Below are positions 26,261 to 40,628 of a stretch of DNA of 64,000 nucleotides, piece after piece; the first letter of the stretch is position 1, and each line of letters starts with the position of its first letter. Both the position numbers and the translations under genes were made by a program. The notes beneath the pieces were generated by a model. That model searched no databases and had not been told where the DNA came from. It saw only the letters and a list, made by a program, of their open reading frames with translations. The stretch spans positions 116,436,001-116,500,000 of the forward strand of contig OX597816.1 of NCBI GenBank assembly GCA_951406725.2, given 5' to 3'. Source of the DNA: Octopus vulgaris (lineage: Eukaryota).

Positions 26261-27885
26261 GTTTCTTTATTAGCCACACAGGGCTGCACACAGATAGAAC
26301 AAATTACAAGGTAGAGCTTTTCTTTTGAAGGTTTAAAAAAAAAAAAAAGGAAGGGGGAGTTTCGATCAAAAGGGATCATAAAAGGAGAGAAAGAGGACAA
26401 AAAAAGGGGGTTAAAAAAAAAGGGGGAGAGGAAAAAAAAATTGATCAATAGGGATCGTTATCACAGAAATGTCAATATGAAGTGTAAAGGGGAGGACAGG
26501 TGAGGTTTACCCGTGGAAAGAAAAGCCTACGGAAAAGACCACGGTAACCTCGGTCAATGGAGTCACATGTTATATTTCTTTTTTTTTTTTTTTTGCAAAT
26601 AAGCAACTCTCTGTTTTCAATTTCTGGGTTCATAGGATCATGCTCAAGGTGGCTTCGTCATTCATACGTGCCATTCTTGCTACATTCACCCATCTTTTTT
26701 AAAACATTCGCTAGACAAAACTTGCCTCTCTACTCTCACTTTCCTTTTCAAGTGGTACTTGAAGAAGTTGATGAGAGATTGACCAGAGAGGAAAGTGTTT
26801 GTCTCCAATCCTTTCAGACGCGTCCACCAGATACATTCTTTCGCCATAGCCACAAGGATGATGAAAATAGCTCTTCCTTCCCGTTTGAAGGAAGGAGGCG
26901 TGACAATATTGATGATAGGCTCAGCTGATAAACCGACTCGTCCCACACGTGACAGCAGTTGTTCGACACAAGCCCACAGGTCAGAAATTGTTGGACACTG
27001 CACGAGTGCGTGCAGAACGGTTTCGTCGCTCTGACCGCATCTCGGGCAGGTCGGCCCCGTGTTTCTCGAGCCGTGTCTGTAGAGCTTATCCCGAACGGGT
27101 AGCGCTTCTCGGTAGCACTGCCAGGCCAGGGATCTCTGGAAGTTGTCCATGGGCCCTGGCCCGAAAGTCGTCCTGAACAGGCGGGTCAGGTACTCCTCGT
27201 CGACGTCCAGGTTCGCCCCGAGCTCGTCGTCGTACCTCCCCTCCACTAAACCCCTATAGAATGCTTTGGTTGTGTTGAAGTCACTCAAGGTCGACCCAGG
27301 ACGGCAGAGTTGCTTGAGAGCAACGCGACACTCGCGGTGCCATTCGCCCTTCTTCGGCCTCTTTTTGATCCACGATTGCAGTTCGGTCATGGAGATGAGC
27401 TGCGGGAAAGCGTGCCTCACAAACGGCGACCACACCTGTTCACCGTCGTCTACATAGAGCCAGAGATGTCGCAGTCTCAGCGTGTGTCTGCGCATCATCA
27501 ACCACGGCATGCCCAGCCCTCCTTTTAACGGGTGTTGACAGCAAATGGATCGCCTGACCATCGGGACGCATCCTTTCCACAAGAAGCGAAAGAGAATGCG
27601 TTGTAGTTTGGTGATGGTAGGGTCGGGACAAGGTACGACGGTCAGGCGGTAGTAGATGGCGGACGCGATGTACGTGTTCGTCACCTCCGCCCGACCTTTT
27701 AGGGACAGTTTCCTCTCGGCCCATTGCCGGGCGAGAGTGACCACCCTACTCGTTATCTCGTTCCAGTTCTTCTCCACTTGGAGGTCCGGACCAAACCAGA
27801 CCCCGAGCAACTCAACCGGGCCGTCGGTCCAGCGTCCCACGACGGAGGCGCTGGTGGACGGCATGGGCTTGCTTCTCCAGGTGCC
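26261..27885 (-). mobile_element. L1/Tx1-clade LINE, 5'-truncated (ORF2 C-terminus plus 3' UTR), embedded in (GATA)n
   Basis: ~400 aa open: LLGVWFG, W..RKLSLKGR, FLWKG, GGLGMP, CPRC...ETVLHALVQC (zf-RVT CCHC). A frameshift in an A-run near 26695 hides the probable end RWVNVARMARMNDEATLSMIL* (stop 26630-26632). The 3' UTR ends AATAAAGAAAC. Confidence 0.9.
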
Positions 27886-27946
<61 letters not shown>

Positions 27947-27948
<2 letters not shown>

Positions 27949-28089
27949 CTTTTTATTGTGGCCACACAGGGCTAAACACAGAATAAAAATGGACGAAATA
28001 CAATGTAGAGTTTTTTTTCTTTTCGAGGTGGGATGGGTGGGACACATAGAAAAAAACAACAAAAAAAAAACGTTCGATCAATAGGGATC
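27947..28089 (-). mobile_element. Short 3'-end copy of a related L1/Tx1 subfamily
   Basis: Shares GCCACACAGGGCT..ACACAGA, GTAGAG.TTTT and GATCAATAGGGATC with 26261-26457. Confidence 0.75.
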
Positions 28090-28127
28090 TGTGGGTTGTG
28101 TGGTGTATAAAAATTTAATATATATAT

Positions 28128-28584
28128 AATCGAAATCGATCAATGGAAATTGCAGATGTGTTACCAGTGCCGGTGGCATGTCGAAACTCTACTTGTGAAG
28201 ACCTGTTGAGGCAAGTGAGGATCAGAATCGAAATCGATCAATGGAAATTGCAGATGTGTTACCAGTTCCGGTGGCATGTAAGAGAACCTTCCGTTTCGCG
28301 ACCGTTGCCAGCGCCGCCCCGACTGGCCTCGTGCCGGTGGCACGTAAAAAGCACCATCCGTTCGTAGCCGTTTGCCAGCTCTGTCTGGCACCTGTGCGGG
28401 TGGCACGTAAAAAGCACCCACTACACTCACGGAGTGGTTGGCGTTATGAAGGGCATCCAGCCGTAGAAACACTGCCAGATTTGACTGGGCCTGATGAAGC
28501 CTTCTGGCTTCACAGACCCCAGTAGAACCGTCCAACCCATGCTAGCATGGAAAACGGACGCTAAACGATGATGATGATGATGAT
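28128..28584 (+). mobile_element. SINE-like/non-autonomous retroelement 3' part with (GAT)n tail and internal duplications
   Basis: GGCGTTATGAAGGGCATCCAGCCGTAGAAAC domain. ~54-bp duplication (28128/28227), GGTGGCACGTAAAAAGCACC twice, and a (GAT)n tail. Confidence 0.7.
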
Positions 28585-28863
28585 ATATATATATATATAT
28601 AAAGTTCACAGTTTAGGTGTAGCCCTGATAGATAGATATAGGTATAGATAAGGTAGTAAAAAAGACTTTAGCGTCTCTTTCTAGCAGTGCGTGGTGAGGC
28701 ATTTAGCTGACCCTTTGTTATAATTATGTATGTAATTATAAAATAATTTGTTAGATTTACCTAAAATGTTTTTATTTCCGCACTGGCTATCTGGTAAAAT
28801 CATTGATTTTACCCTCTATTTTTATTAAAATAATATTTGTATATATACGTGTGTGTGTGTGTG

Positions 28864-28908
<45 letters not shown>

Positions 28909-29464
28909 GCAAACTCACAAACACACCATCTGGAGCGGTCAGCACTTCTTTCTGAAACTGTTATTCTCCATACGCATCACATGCCCATTCCAATGCAGTC
29001 TTCTGTCTTGGCCAACGCATCTGATTTATTTCTTATGCTGGTTGCCTGCACTCCAACATTCAAGAGGAGAACGCTTATTTAATTTTTTTTCCTCTCTTCA
29101 CAAGCTTTCTCTATTCAAGGTATGTATCCCGCTACCGACAGCGTCCTATTATGCAGTCAGCCCTTCACTATCAAGGAGACTTTTGTTGCCAGCTGAGATG
29201 ATCTTTTTCTAGCCCGTTCTTACTCTAGTTGCTATACTTACGGAAAAGTCACATCTACAACTTATTATCTTACATCAATAACAGAGACAATCAACTATTT
29301 ATATGGAACCTTCTGGCCGGGGTATTTCGAATAATCTATTACAGAATGCCTGTATATCATGTGTGTATGTGTGATTGTATGTGCACATACGTACCATATA
29401 TACGTACATAACTACATACACACACGCACGCACACATACACACACATACACACACATATGTCTT

Positions 29465-29689
29465 ATTCCTGTACTTGTTTCAGTCATTTGACTGTAGCCA
29501 TACTGGGGCACCGCCTTAAAGGGATTTAGTCGAAGATATTGACCCCAGGACATATTCTTTGTAAGCCTAGTACTTATTCTATCGGTCAGTTTAATCGAAT
29601 CGCTAAGTTAGGTGAACCTGAACGCACCAGCATCGGTCGTCAAGCGATGGCGGGGGTACAAACAGGCACACACATAAATATTCACACGC

Positions 29690-29750
<61 letters not shown>

Positions 29751-29907
29751 TATGTATATGTATATGACGAGTTTCTTTCAGTTTCTATCTACCAAATCAA
29801 TTCGAAGTTATAAATAGAAGATACTTGCTCAAGGTACCACGCAGTGGGACTGAACACGGAAACATGTGGATGGAACGCAAGCTTCTTACCACACAGCCAC
29901 GCCTGCG
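29465..29907 (-). mobile_element. Diverged family A SINE
   Basis: Colinear with 20582-21001. Confidence 0.85.
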
Positions 29908-29958
29908 TCCACATGTGTGTGCGTATGCATGTATATACTTATATATGCACACATAGTT

Positions 29959-29996
<38 letters not shown>

Positions 29997-30689
29997 GGGG
30001 GGGGTGCTGGATGTAAGTATCTAACCTAGGTTAGATACTTATTGTAACGCTATATAAAATCTATTAAAGAGTAATTTCACACCAGATCTGTAACAACTTG
30101 TGAAGCAATGCTAAGCTTCTCAAACGAACAATCTACTGAATCAGTTTTGGAATAAATGAAGGAACAAGGGCTTTCAGATTGGTAATAATATTCAAGGTTT
30201 TAAATGACTATATGGTTTTATTGCTATCAAATGAGTCAATTTGTAAAACATTAAATAACACTAAAATTAATTTCTCTGACGATACAGCACTTCATTTATT
30301 TAGAGCCACTAGAGAATTTTTAGTAGTAAGGATTAATATTACGTTGGTACACAATATATATACTCAAGTATATTGTGTATTTACGCATGTAGACATACGT
30401 GTATGTATATATATGTATATACACACACATGAAATACACAAATATAAGTGTGGGGTGTAGTTTTTCTTATGTCCCACAGTACATTGAGTGTTAGAACTGT
30501 TGACACCTTATATGTGTCAAAACTATATATGTGTGCGTGTGTGTCTGTATATATATACCTACACACATACATACATATATATATATATATATTTCTATGT
30601 ATGAATATATACATATATATATGCATATGTATATATGTCTAAATGCATAATGCGTATATATATATATATATATATATATATGATACGCC

Positions 30690-30878
30690 ATGATAGATCG
30701 TTAGCCACTACACACATTTTTTTTTCTCCTTGTTTTTTTCTGTGTACCTTTCTGTAGAAGAGCGTAGGCTCGAAGCATAAAAGACTTTTTCTATTCCTGA
30801 ACGCTATACTAATACATCTGTTTGTTTTGTACACCATCTGTCTTCGTCTTTTATCTTTTTTCGTAAACTTTTCCTATA
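30690..30878 (+). mobile_element. Family H1 repeat, hammerhead decayed
   Basis: CTGTAGA-A-GAGC(GTAG)GCTC-GAAGC-ATA at 30752-30779, within (TA)n. Confidence 0.7.
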
Positions 30879-31109
30879 TATATATATATATATATATATA
30901 ACTTACTGGGAAGAGGGTGCGTGGCGATCAGTTGTATAATAATATAAATAATATATATATGCACATCTTGGCACAGGACGTCACGAAACGTACAACAAAA
31001 AAATACGAAGTACGAGTACTTGGATTATGAACAATATTTTCGAACAACGAAAGACACAAATGGAAAATAAAACAAACAACATAAAGGACGACCCTTCATC
31101 ATCATTATC

Positions 31110-31186
<77 letters not shown>

Positions 31187-31284
31187 CTCTTTTACTCTTT
31201 TACTTGTTTCAGTCATTTGACTGCGGCCATGCTGGAGCACCACCTATATATATGGTGGTCGTCTTCTCATTATACAGAGTTTGA

Positions 31285-32278
31285 CCACCCACCTCCTGTA
31301 TCTACACCTTAGCACCATCATGGCGTCTGATGTGGCTTTTTAAACCAGACAATGTTCTGAAAAGACACTCACATAGACTGCACCACTGATTTGGTCCACC
31401 AATACCTACAGATAAGTTATGCTCTTTGTGGATCTTAACATGTCTTTTGAGGCCTCCGTTGGATTTGCAAACCTTCTGGCATACACTGCATTCAAAGGTG
31501 TGCACAGACATATAGGCAGAATAGCTGGTGGAGGTTCGATTTCCATGCGTTCGTAGATGAGATTTGATGCCAGCCAAAGACAGGCATGGTCTGTCACAGA
31601 CTGTGCACACAAAAAGGTTATTGTCATTCACCTTCTCGATCGTTACATTCTTCCTAAGATCTCTTTTGAGTCTTACTTGCGTTATCCTGGCCTATTCAAA
31701 TGCCTTTAGTCTACTCCACACCTTTGTTCGCCATTCAACTCGATCCGAAGCCAGGGTTTCTATATCTTCCGGAACCATTCCAAGTGACTTCATAGTAGTT
31801 CTTATGCCGTCCTTAAACTTTTTATTAGGTTTACATCGATATCGTTTCACCTCTGCAAGCTCACCATAAAACAGCTGTTTCGGCATGCGTTCATCTGCCA
31901 TTCGAACAATATGGCAACACCATCTCAATTGGTTCCTCAAAATCATAGCTTTAATTGAGGTGATGCCTGCAGAAGCAAGGTCATCTGTTTTTGGAGTAAA
32001 AGAACTCCATTTAGTTTTTAACATGCAATGAAGGCATTTTAGTGGAGTTCTTCTAACAGTTTAAAATGCCATTCATAACAAGTCCAAGTTTCACAGGAAT
32101 ACAACAGGGATGGTAAGACAAATCATTTGTAAAGAGCCAGCTTTTTATTCTTATTCATATGTCGCTGGCACCAAACGCGTGACTCCAAGCCGCCAAATGC
32201 TTTTGCTGCCCTTTGAATTCACAGCTGTATTTCTGTATCAAGATTTCCATCATTTTGAACAGAGCTTCAAAGGTAGAC
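31285..32278 (-). pseudogene. RTE (BovB-like) LINE 3' fragment ending in three C2H2 zinc fingers
   Basis: LLYSCETW, QLRW..HIVRMADERMPKQLFYGEL, LASDRVEWR. ORFs 31692-32024 and 31302-31631 are in the same frame, separated by one TAG. Confidence 0.85.
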
Positions 32279-32326
32279 GAACGAATCGACAACCTCAAGT
32301 AACTTACCCTTACACATATTTATACC

Positions 32327-32362
<36 letters not shown>

Positions 32363-32536
32363 TAAACACATATGTGCGTGTCTAGGTGCGGTGTAAATTA
32401 ATTACCCTTCAACATCCACGATATTATATTACAATTAAGTTTTATGGTTGAAATAAAAAGCCAAATATTTAGCAGATATATGCGTACATATTTTTGCCAT
32501 GTGTATGCATATTTTTATTTTGCGTACACGTTTGTT

Positions 32537-32571
<35 letters not shown>

Positions 32572-34015
32572 ATACAAACCCAGTCACATGCATGGAAACA
32601 CACGAACATGTTCGCATATATACTCATGTATAAAATCCTAACTCTAGTTGCATAATTTCTCGTTCGATATTATCTCTCGTCTGTGAGTATGTGTGTAAGA
32701 TTCATATTTAATGTGAATGTTGTTATAAAGTAAAAACAAATAATTAATAAGCATCATTAGCAATGATATCAGCAGGAGTTGCATTGGCGGCAGTAACTTT
32801 AGTAGCAACAACGAAAATAGCAACACAGGAAACGACAACAGTACACCCTTTACCACTAACACTACCACCAGTACTACCAACAAAAATACCACCAACAAAA
32901 CCAGCAACGTTATCATGAACAGGATCAACATGAACAAGATCAATAGCAGTCACTACCGACCACGTCCCCCAACACCAAACTGATCATCACAAGAACACGA
33001 CCAACAACGACGACTAATAACTCTACCTGCTACAACAACAATGAACACCACCGCAAACAACAACAACACCTATATAACCAGTACCACCAACATCTACACC
33101 ACCAAGGACAACAATACCAAGTAAATAAATACCGTTTAATTTGATAACCAATTATATGATTTCAGTAATTTGAATATTCTTCCTAGAAGTCTTGTACTTC
33201 CTTTTTCATAGTTTGCTATCTCTCTCCCTCTCGCTCACTCTCCCAGTCTTTCGCTCACTCCACTCTTGACTGCCCCCCCCCTATCGTAACCACTTCCCTC
33301 CAACCGTACTTGCTGAGTTAGTTAATGCAAACAAATATAGAAAAAAGAAAAAAATTGAACCACGCAAATAATGCAAAAAAAAAATCGAACAACCAAACAA
33401 ATTAAAATATATTTTTTTTTAGTTGATATGTAATCTATATTTTTAATTTGTTACATATTTGTGCTTTACTGTCTTTGATTTATTCCTGTCTTTCTGGTTC
33501 GTTTTAACGGAAGCATCTTGGAGATAGGGTCCACGGTTTTAATTTTCCAAATATGATACTACTTTTTTTTAAATCAGAGAATTTCTTGATGCTAACAACA
33601 ACAGCAATAATAATAAATCAATAATAGTAATGGCAACAATAATAACAATAACGATGATGATGATGATGATGATGAGGAGGAGGAGGAGGGGGGAGGAGGA
33701 TCTTTGTTAGCCACTCGAAAAGATGCAAAAAACTATGAAGGAATTTAAGTAGATACTTTACAAAAACGTGTAGATTGGGACAGACAAGTCATGCAAAGAT
33801 GCAGGGAGTGGGTGAAACAAATTATCAAGTATCAGATCATTCCATAAGTTCTGTCCGATTTTAACCTTTTTAAAATTGAATGAAATTTAATAGTATTTTA
33901 GACTGTCTAATGGAATTAAAAATTATTTTCATGCATTTGTGTACATTTAAACTAATTAAATATTAAATTATAGAATAATAGAATTAAAATTTCTTTGATT
34001 AAAACCCTTTCTAAC

Positions 34016-35397
34016 ATGGAAGTATCCAAAGAGTATTTGAGGCACATAATGTTTTATGAGTACAAAAAACGAAACTGCAGCCGAAGCAACTCGAAACTTA
34101 CACTCAGTTTATGGGAAATAATGCTTGAATGAATGAACTTGCAGAAGATGGTTTGCAAAATTCAAAAGTGGAGATTTCAGCCTTGAAGATGAAGATCGAA
34201 CAGGACGTCCAGTTGAGTTTCAGGATAAGCTCCTTGAGGCATTACTTGAAAAACATCCTGCATTGCCAGTCGAAGAATTGGCAATAAAGCTTAGTTCAAA
34301 CCAGACAACTGTTCATCGTCATCTTCAACAAACTGGAAAGTTTCCTAAACTTGGAAAAGAGGTGCCTCATGAATTGTCCGAAAGCAACCGCAAATCCAGA
34401 GTTGACTTCTGCTCTTCTCTCCATTCTCGCGAACTCATTTCACCCTTTTTGGACAGACTTGTACTGGTAACGAAAAATGGAAACTTCTATCGAAATGTTA
34501 AACATCGTAAACAGTAAGCGTAGGAGTGGCTGTGTGGTAAATAGCTTGCTTACAAACCACATGGTTCCGGGTTCAGTCCCACTGCGTGGCACCTTGGGCA
34601 AGTGTTTCTACTATAACCTCGGGCCGGAGGTAGACGAATATATATACATGTGTATTTGTGTGTATAAGTTTGTGTGTCTGTGTTTGTCCCCCAACATCGC
34701 TTGACAACCGATGCTGGTGTGTTTACGTCCCCGTAACTTAAATGTTCGGCAAAAGAGACCGATAGAATAAGTACTAGGTTTACAAAGAATAAGTCCTGGG
34801 TTCGATTTGCTCGACTAAAGGTGGTGCTCCAGCATGGCCACAGTCAAATGACTGAAACAAGTAAAAGAGTAGCTTGGTAAAAGGGAAAAAGCTCAACCAC
34901 AACCGCGAAGGGAACTCCATGGAAAAAGGTTCTTCTCCCTGTCTGGTGGGATTGCAAAGGAGTATTTTACGTTGAATTGTTACCACGTAATGCAACAATC
35001 AATGCTTAAGTCTACTGTCAGCAATTAGAGCGTTTGAACCAAGCTTTGAAGTAAAAAAACACCTGCTTTTGTGAAGCAAAATGGAGTGATGTTTCATCAG
35101 GACAATGCGCGACCCCACACTGCAAAGATCACATCACAGGAGATAGAAGAGCTTGGTTAGGAAGAATTCCTCATCCCCCTTATTCTCTCCATCTTGCTTC
35201 TTCAGACTACCATTTGTTCCGTAGTTTACGGAATCATTTTGGGGGACATAACTTTCGCAAACCAGGAGGAGGTCGAAACTGACATTTCAACGTTCTTTGC
35301 TTTGAAACCAAAAGAGTTTTACATGGTTGGGATTAAAAAACTCGTAAAATGATGGAAGGATGTCATAGATAATAAGAGAAAGTACATTGATGATTAA
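34016..35397 (+). pseudogene. Mariner (DD34D) transposase pseudogene
   Basis: WFAKFKSGDFSLED..RTGRP, VPHEL, TGNEKW (for TGDEKW), HQDNARPH and HPPYS.HLASSDYHLF. Carries stops, frameshifts and a SINE insertion. Confidence 0.92.
34517..34870 (+). mobile_element. Family A SINE nested in the mariner
   Basis: Family A head and tail. The transposase reading resumes after it (RKQ|.LGK). Confidence 0.92.
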
Positions 35398-36519
35398 ATT
35401 TCAATTAAATATAACATTTGATCACTTTATTCAATTTCGGACAGAACTTATGGGATGACCTGATATATATATATATATATATATACATACTGGGTTGTTA
35501 ACTATTGTAATAAAAAAACACACCAAATGTTACTGAGTAAATCAAACGAAGTATAATACACCAAACACTCAATAATGAAAACAATATATATATGTGAAAT
35601 AGTAAACGTTCATTTGCGTTGATCTAGGTATCCCCTCTATGCTGATCGTATCTTCTCTGTGTATTCTCTCCAACTACTAAATATTGGTGATCCCAGAATC
35701 CATCTTGAGATGCTCCATAGTCACAGTAAGTCACAGTCTTTTGTGTATACATCTTTGCAGTAATATTATATAAATACAAATACAGAGATGGTGACACAGT
35801 GTTGTTAAATGTAACTTTCCCAAAATACTCAGTTTAATTTCTCAATAGAAATCTCATAATAACGTGATTAATTCACCTCGTTTGATTTCTGCCGTGTGAC
35901 CAACTGACTTATCTACAAACATTCTTTAGTAAATCCGAAAATACAGCAAAAACTTGATATCCAACGAACTTCTTCACCTGAATTCTACACATCTCTTTGC
36001 ACCTTTATTTCCACACCTGACAGAAACCTAAAAATTCACAAGATTCCTGCATCAAACAGAAATAAGTCTCCTAAACATAACTTTCTCTCAACTCTCCCGG
36101 GACAATACACCTGCTATCCGCCTATACTTATCTATCTCCCATCTCTCTTCTTACTCTTCTCCGGTCTACCAACACTATACCTACCTATCTTTCATTTTGC
36201 CCCCACCTGCTCTCTACTACAAAAATGTTGCCAATGACTATATAAACGAAGAAGAACCCAAGTAAAGCACAGTCTGATGAAAGAGAGTAAAGCTGACACT
36301 TCGAATTCACAGTCAATTCTTCCTTGTAATATATGTATTGTATATATACATACATACATACATATATACACACATATATGTGTGCGTATTACAACGAAAA
36401 GTTAACAGTGACTTCGAAGTTTCGGCTTGCACTCTTTCATCATATACGGGAGTTCTGTAGAGTTCCCGGCTTTGAGGGTATCGCCAAAGACCTGGTCGAA
36501 GGCCCAACCTTCCGAGTTC

Positions 36520-36661
36520 TTTTTACAGGGTTTAGAAAAGCTGAAGGACCGCTGCAGTAAGTGTGTGAATCTGAAAGGAGAATAAGTTGAATAAAATGAT
36601 AATTAACTGATCCTCCTGTATTTTCTTTTACCCAAAGCCAGGAACTTTTCAGCACCCCCTC

Positions 36662-36662
<1 letters not shown>
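36520..36662 (+). mobile_element. Mariner-type 3' end (second family)
   Basis: EKLKDRCSKCVNLKGE*VE* transposase C-terminus. TIR-like GGAACTTTTCAGCACCCCCTCA-TA. Confidence 0.6.
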
Positions 36663-36732
<70 letters not shown>

Positions 36733-36766
36733 TATATGTATATATGTATGTATGTATGCATGTATG

Positions 36767-36812
<46 letters not shown>

Positions 36813-37199
36813 CAATAATAATAAAGGGTAAAATTAATTAACTAATTAATAATTGATAATTTTACCAGGTAGTTCGGTATGTTAAAAGAACCATTATCGG
36901 TAAACTTATACAAAAATTCTATAATTATGAGTATTATTATAATTAGGGTTCAGCAAAATTAGCTGCACCACATACCGAAATTTAGAAATAGCAGTTAAAA
37001 CTACTATTTTACTACCATAAGATATCTCCCATACAGCAATACTCAACAACTCACGCAGGTAAAGAGAAGAAAAATAACGAATCCACCCTTTCATTTTCCA
37101 GTTGTTCATCTTTGTTCTCCATCTTGTTTCTTAAATGCTTTTGAGTGTGTCACATTTTCACTAGGAATCATGTTGATACTTTTAACAGCAAAAGGCCAT

Positions 37200-37625
37200 T
37201 TGACGTTCCATCCTAGATTGTTTTCCTCATTGGCAACACAAATCTTGCATCCTATGAGACCTCTTACTCCCTTCTGTCTAGCATAAACAGTCTATCGGCA
37301 TTGCTTTTAGAGTGCAGTTCTTTGTTCATTGTCTTCACTTCCCTGGTTTTACTATCCATTCCTTGAAGCTCGTTCTTTGTCTAGCACCTGCCATGTATTC
37401 ATTTCCCTGATCTTGTTCTTTCTACTGTGTCTACTCTCCATAATTTGGTTCTCCTGGGCTATTCTCGCCTAAAGATTTCCTTCATCTTACACTCCTTAAT
37501 TTTGTCATAACCAACATACCCAAATTCTTATATCCATCTACCTCAACATCCTTAATTCTTTCGCCGTTGGACAATCCTATACCACCAGATGGCAATATTT
37601 CACCTTTTTTATGATAAGCATACCA
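37200..37625 (-). pseudogene. Decayed R4/Dong-like RT fragment
   Basis: GIGLSNGERIKDVEVDGYKNLG, and downstream KNELQGMDSKTR..TMNKELHSKSNADRL. Confidence 0.6.
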
Positions 37626-38049
37626 GACCATCGTCATCATCATTATTAAATATAATAGTTTCCAGTAGTGATTAGAAGAAGGGTACATTTCATAAAATAA
37701 CATATAAACTTCCAAATGTTATTTCTTTGTATCGTTTTGTTAGTCTAGAAAAAAGTTGCACCAGATTACTTTAAGCTGGTCATAGGAACTGCGATGGTGG
37801 AATTATATAAGAAGGTTAATGTTTGAACTTGCTTGACATGTAATTTTATGTTAGAAGGAAAGCTTATAAGAGACAGTAGAATTTACAGGGAAATGAGGCT
37901 CTCGAAGAGAAATATTGATCTAAGGATGTGAGATATCCATAGGTGAATGTAGGTGTTCAAGAAATATAGGAAGAGAATAATTTGAGTTCGAGAGAATGTA
38001 TGTTTGAGAGAATGTTGCAAAGAGCAAGCACTAGTAATATTGGTTTACG

Positions 38050-38255
38050 AAATTTGGCACAAGGCCAGCAATTTGAGGAGGAATTGAGTTGATTACATTA
38101 ACCCTAGTGTTCAATTGGTACTTATTTTATGGACTTAGGAAGTATGAAAGGAAAAGTCGACCTCGGCGGTATTTGAACTCAGAACGTAAAGACGGACGAA
38201 ATGCCGCCAAGCATTTTGCCTGGCATGCTAACGATTCTGCCAGCTCACTGCCTTC
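38050..38255 (-). mobile_element. Family B SINE
   Basis: AGTCGACCTCGGCGG.ATTTGAACTCAGAACG...GCTAACGATTCTGCCAGCTC. Confidence 0.85.
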
Positions 38256-39152
38256 AAGCTCTAATATTAGACCATATCTAATTAGCGAACTACCGAGCTT
38301 TATTAGTGGACGATAAATAGGGATAATGGATAGTTGATATTGTTATTGGTTGTATTGTTGTGTGTGTGTCGCTGCTCGTGCTGCTGCCGTTACTCTTGTT
38401 ATTGCTTTTGAAGCTGCTGTTTAGCCCCAGGCCAAACCTGTTGATTGTCAGTCAAATGAATGGATGTAGTCCATTGTTCTATGATAATGTTGTAGTGGTT
38501 GTTGCCGTTACTGCAAATGTATTTGTTGTGCTGTTGAGTAGCCTAAGTAAATTACATTTGAAATAGATCTACAACACAGAAGTAGTTAACCAAACGAAGT
38601 ATTCATTTAGCATTTCGAAGTTTATGCCTTAAAACACATAGTCTTCATTTAGGAAAGGAATTTGCTGCAAGAGATTTCACTGTTTTATTAAGCAGGTTAA
38701 GTAAATACATAGAAGTACCTTTGCTGCTGGCTCGAGAAGTTTCCTCAAATCAGGTGATTGGGGGTTCGTCTATCAGATGGATAATGTTTATTCACTTTTA
38801 TTTCTTTTTCTTTTTGAAAATAAGTTCCCATTTGGAATGGCGTATTTCTTAATTGTGTACTGAATATATTGGTGCCTTTCCTAATTATCACATTTGTTGC
38901 GTTATTAATATGATGGCAAGACTTCTGTAAGACATCATATTTGGTAATTGGGACGATTGTTTTACTGTATATGAAACTGATTCTAAATGATTTACTGAAA
39001 GAGATTGAAGTTCCTATTATATTTCTGATAGAAAATGCTTAGAAACGAGAAGAGGTATATGGTTTTATGTTTCGTTTAACAAATGGATGAAGATACACAT
39101 ATATAAATTTTAGTATACACAGACACACACACACTCACACACACACGTACAT

Positions 39153-39221
<69 letters not shown>

Positions 39222-40003
39222 TATATGTACGTGTATATACACAGACATATATGTCGGTATATATACTTACAGACACACAGATAAACATATATAAATATTA
39301 TGTGAGTGTGTATTTCCTCTTTACCGTTCCTCTCTCTCCTTATTTTTTTCTTATTTCTTCCACTCCCATCTCTCTCTGCTTACTTTATTTACCTTTGTCC
39401 ACTAGTCCCTTTCTCTCTCTTTCCCCCTAACTATCTTGCCACATTTATAACCATCCCCCTCTTACCCCCCCCCCCCCCCCCATTCAAACTTTTTTTTTAT
39501 ACCTACATTTATCTTTCTCATTCCCTTCCTCTTCTTGCATTTCTAGAATACCCTATCCAAATATTTCCTTCAATCCTAATTAAAACGATATTTACACAAA
39601 GTTTAAGTACAGAACCGATGCACAGACGCTCTTATACCAGAGCCCACACCTTCGATTCGAAGACAACGCTGCAGTTATGTAAAATTTCAGTTCAAGTGTA
39701 GAATCCTCAATATTGATCCTTACTCAACAATTTCTCATATTTTCAAAAAAAAAAAAAAAAAAAACGACAATTTTAATATCAAGAAACTATTTTCTAATAT
39801 TTCTTATGTCTTCTTTCTTCTAATGATTTTGTTTTCTGCATATATTTTTTGATACGCTGTTTATTTAATTTTTTTATTAACGATAATAGATAGCTATATT
39901 ATTTTTCTTAAGTATAAATAAATGTATATATGTATGGAGCTATGTGAGTATATATGCTGAATTATGTGCGAGTGTGTGTATATATATACATTATATATAT
40001 ACG

Positions 40004-40047
<44 letters not shown>

Positions 40048-40404
40048 GTGTGTGTATGTATATACACATATAACTGTATAAGATGAATATATGAATATAT
40101 ATATATATATCTATATATATATATATATATACATATATATATCGTACATATGTATGCATGATGCACACACACTCACATATATAGAAATAGAAAAAGATAT
40201 ATGGTGATTATGTGTGTATTTGTGTGTATGCGTGTGCATGTGCGTGTATGTTTGTGTGTGTCTTGATAGATACATAGATAACTGACAGTTCAAGTTTATA
40301 ATAATAATTGATAGATGGGGGGATTTGTCTTATGATGGCAATCTTTAACATTTCTTTTAAATCCCTAACTGCAAAGAGCATCAACAACAAACAATAATAT
40401 ATAT

Positions 40405-40441
<37 letters not shown>

Positions 40442-40492
40442 CATATATATATATTTATATACATATATATATATTTATTTATATACATATAC

Positions 40493-40628
<136 letters not shown>

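Larger units (their letters stand above)
33832..35463 (+). mobile_element. Full-length decayed mariner transposon
   Basis: 27-bp TIRs TCAG(A/G)TCAT(T/C)CCATAAGTTCTGTCCGA with TA on both sides. Confidence 0.95.

Noticed and set aside
27886-28062. N-terminal part of the 458-aa ORF
   Set aside because: Read-through into (GATA)n and another element's 3' UTR; not part of the LINE protein.
28490-28515. CTGATGA-AGCC(TTCT)GGCT hammerhead-like start
   Set aside because: No following GAAA or NUH.
31302-31631. Host C2H2 zinc-finger gene
   Set aside because: In frame with an RTE ORF and lacking TGEKP linkers, so treated as retroelement-derived.
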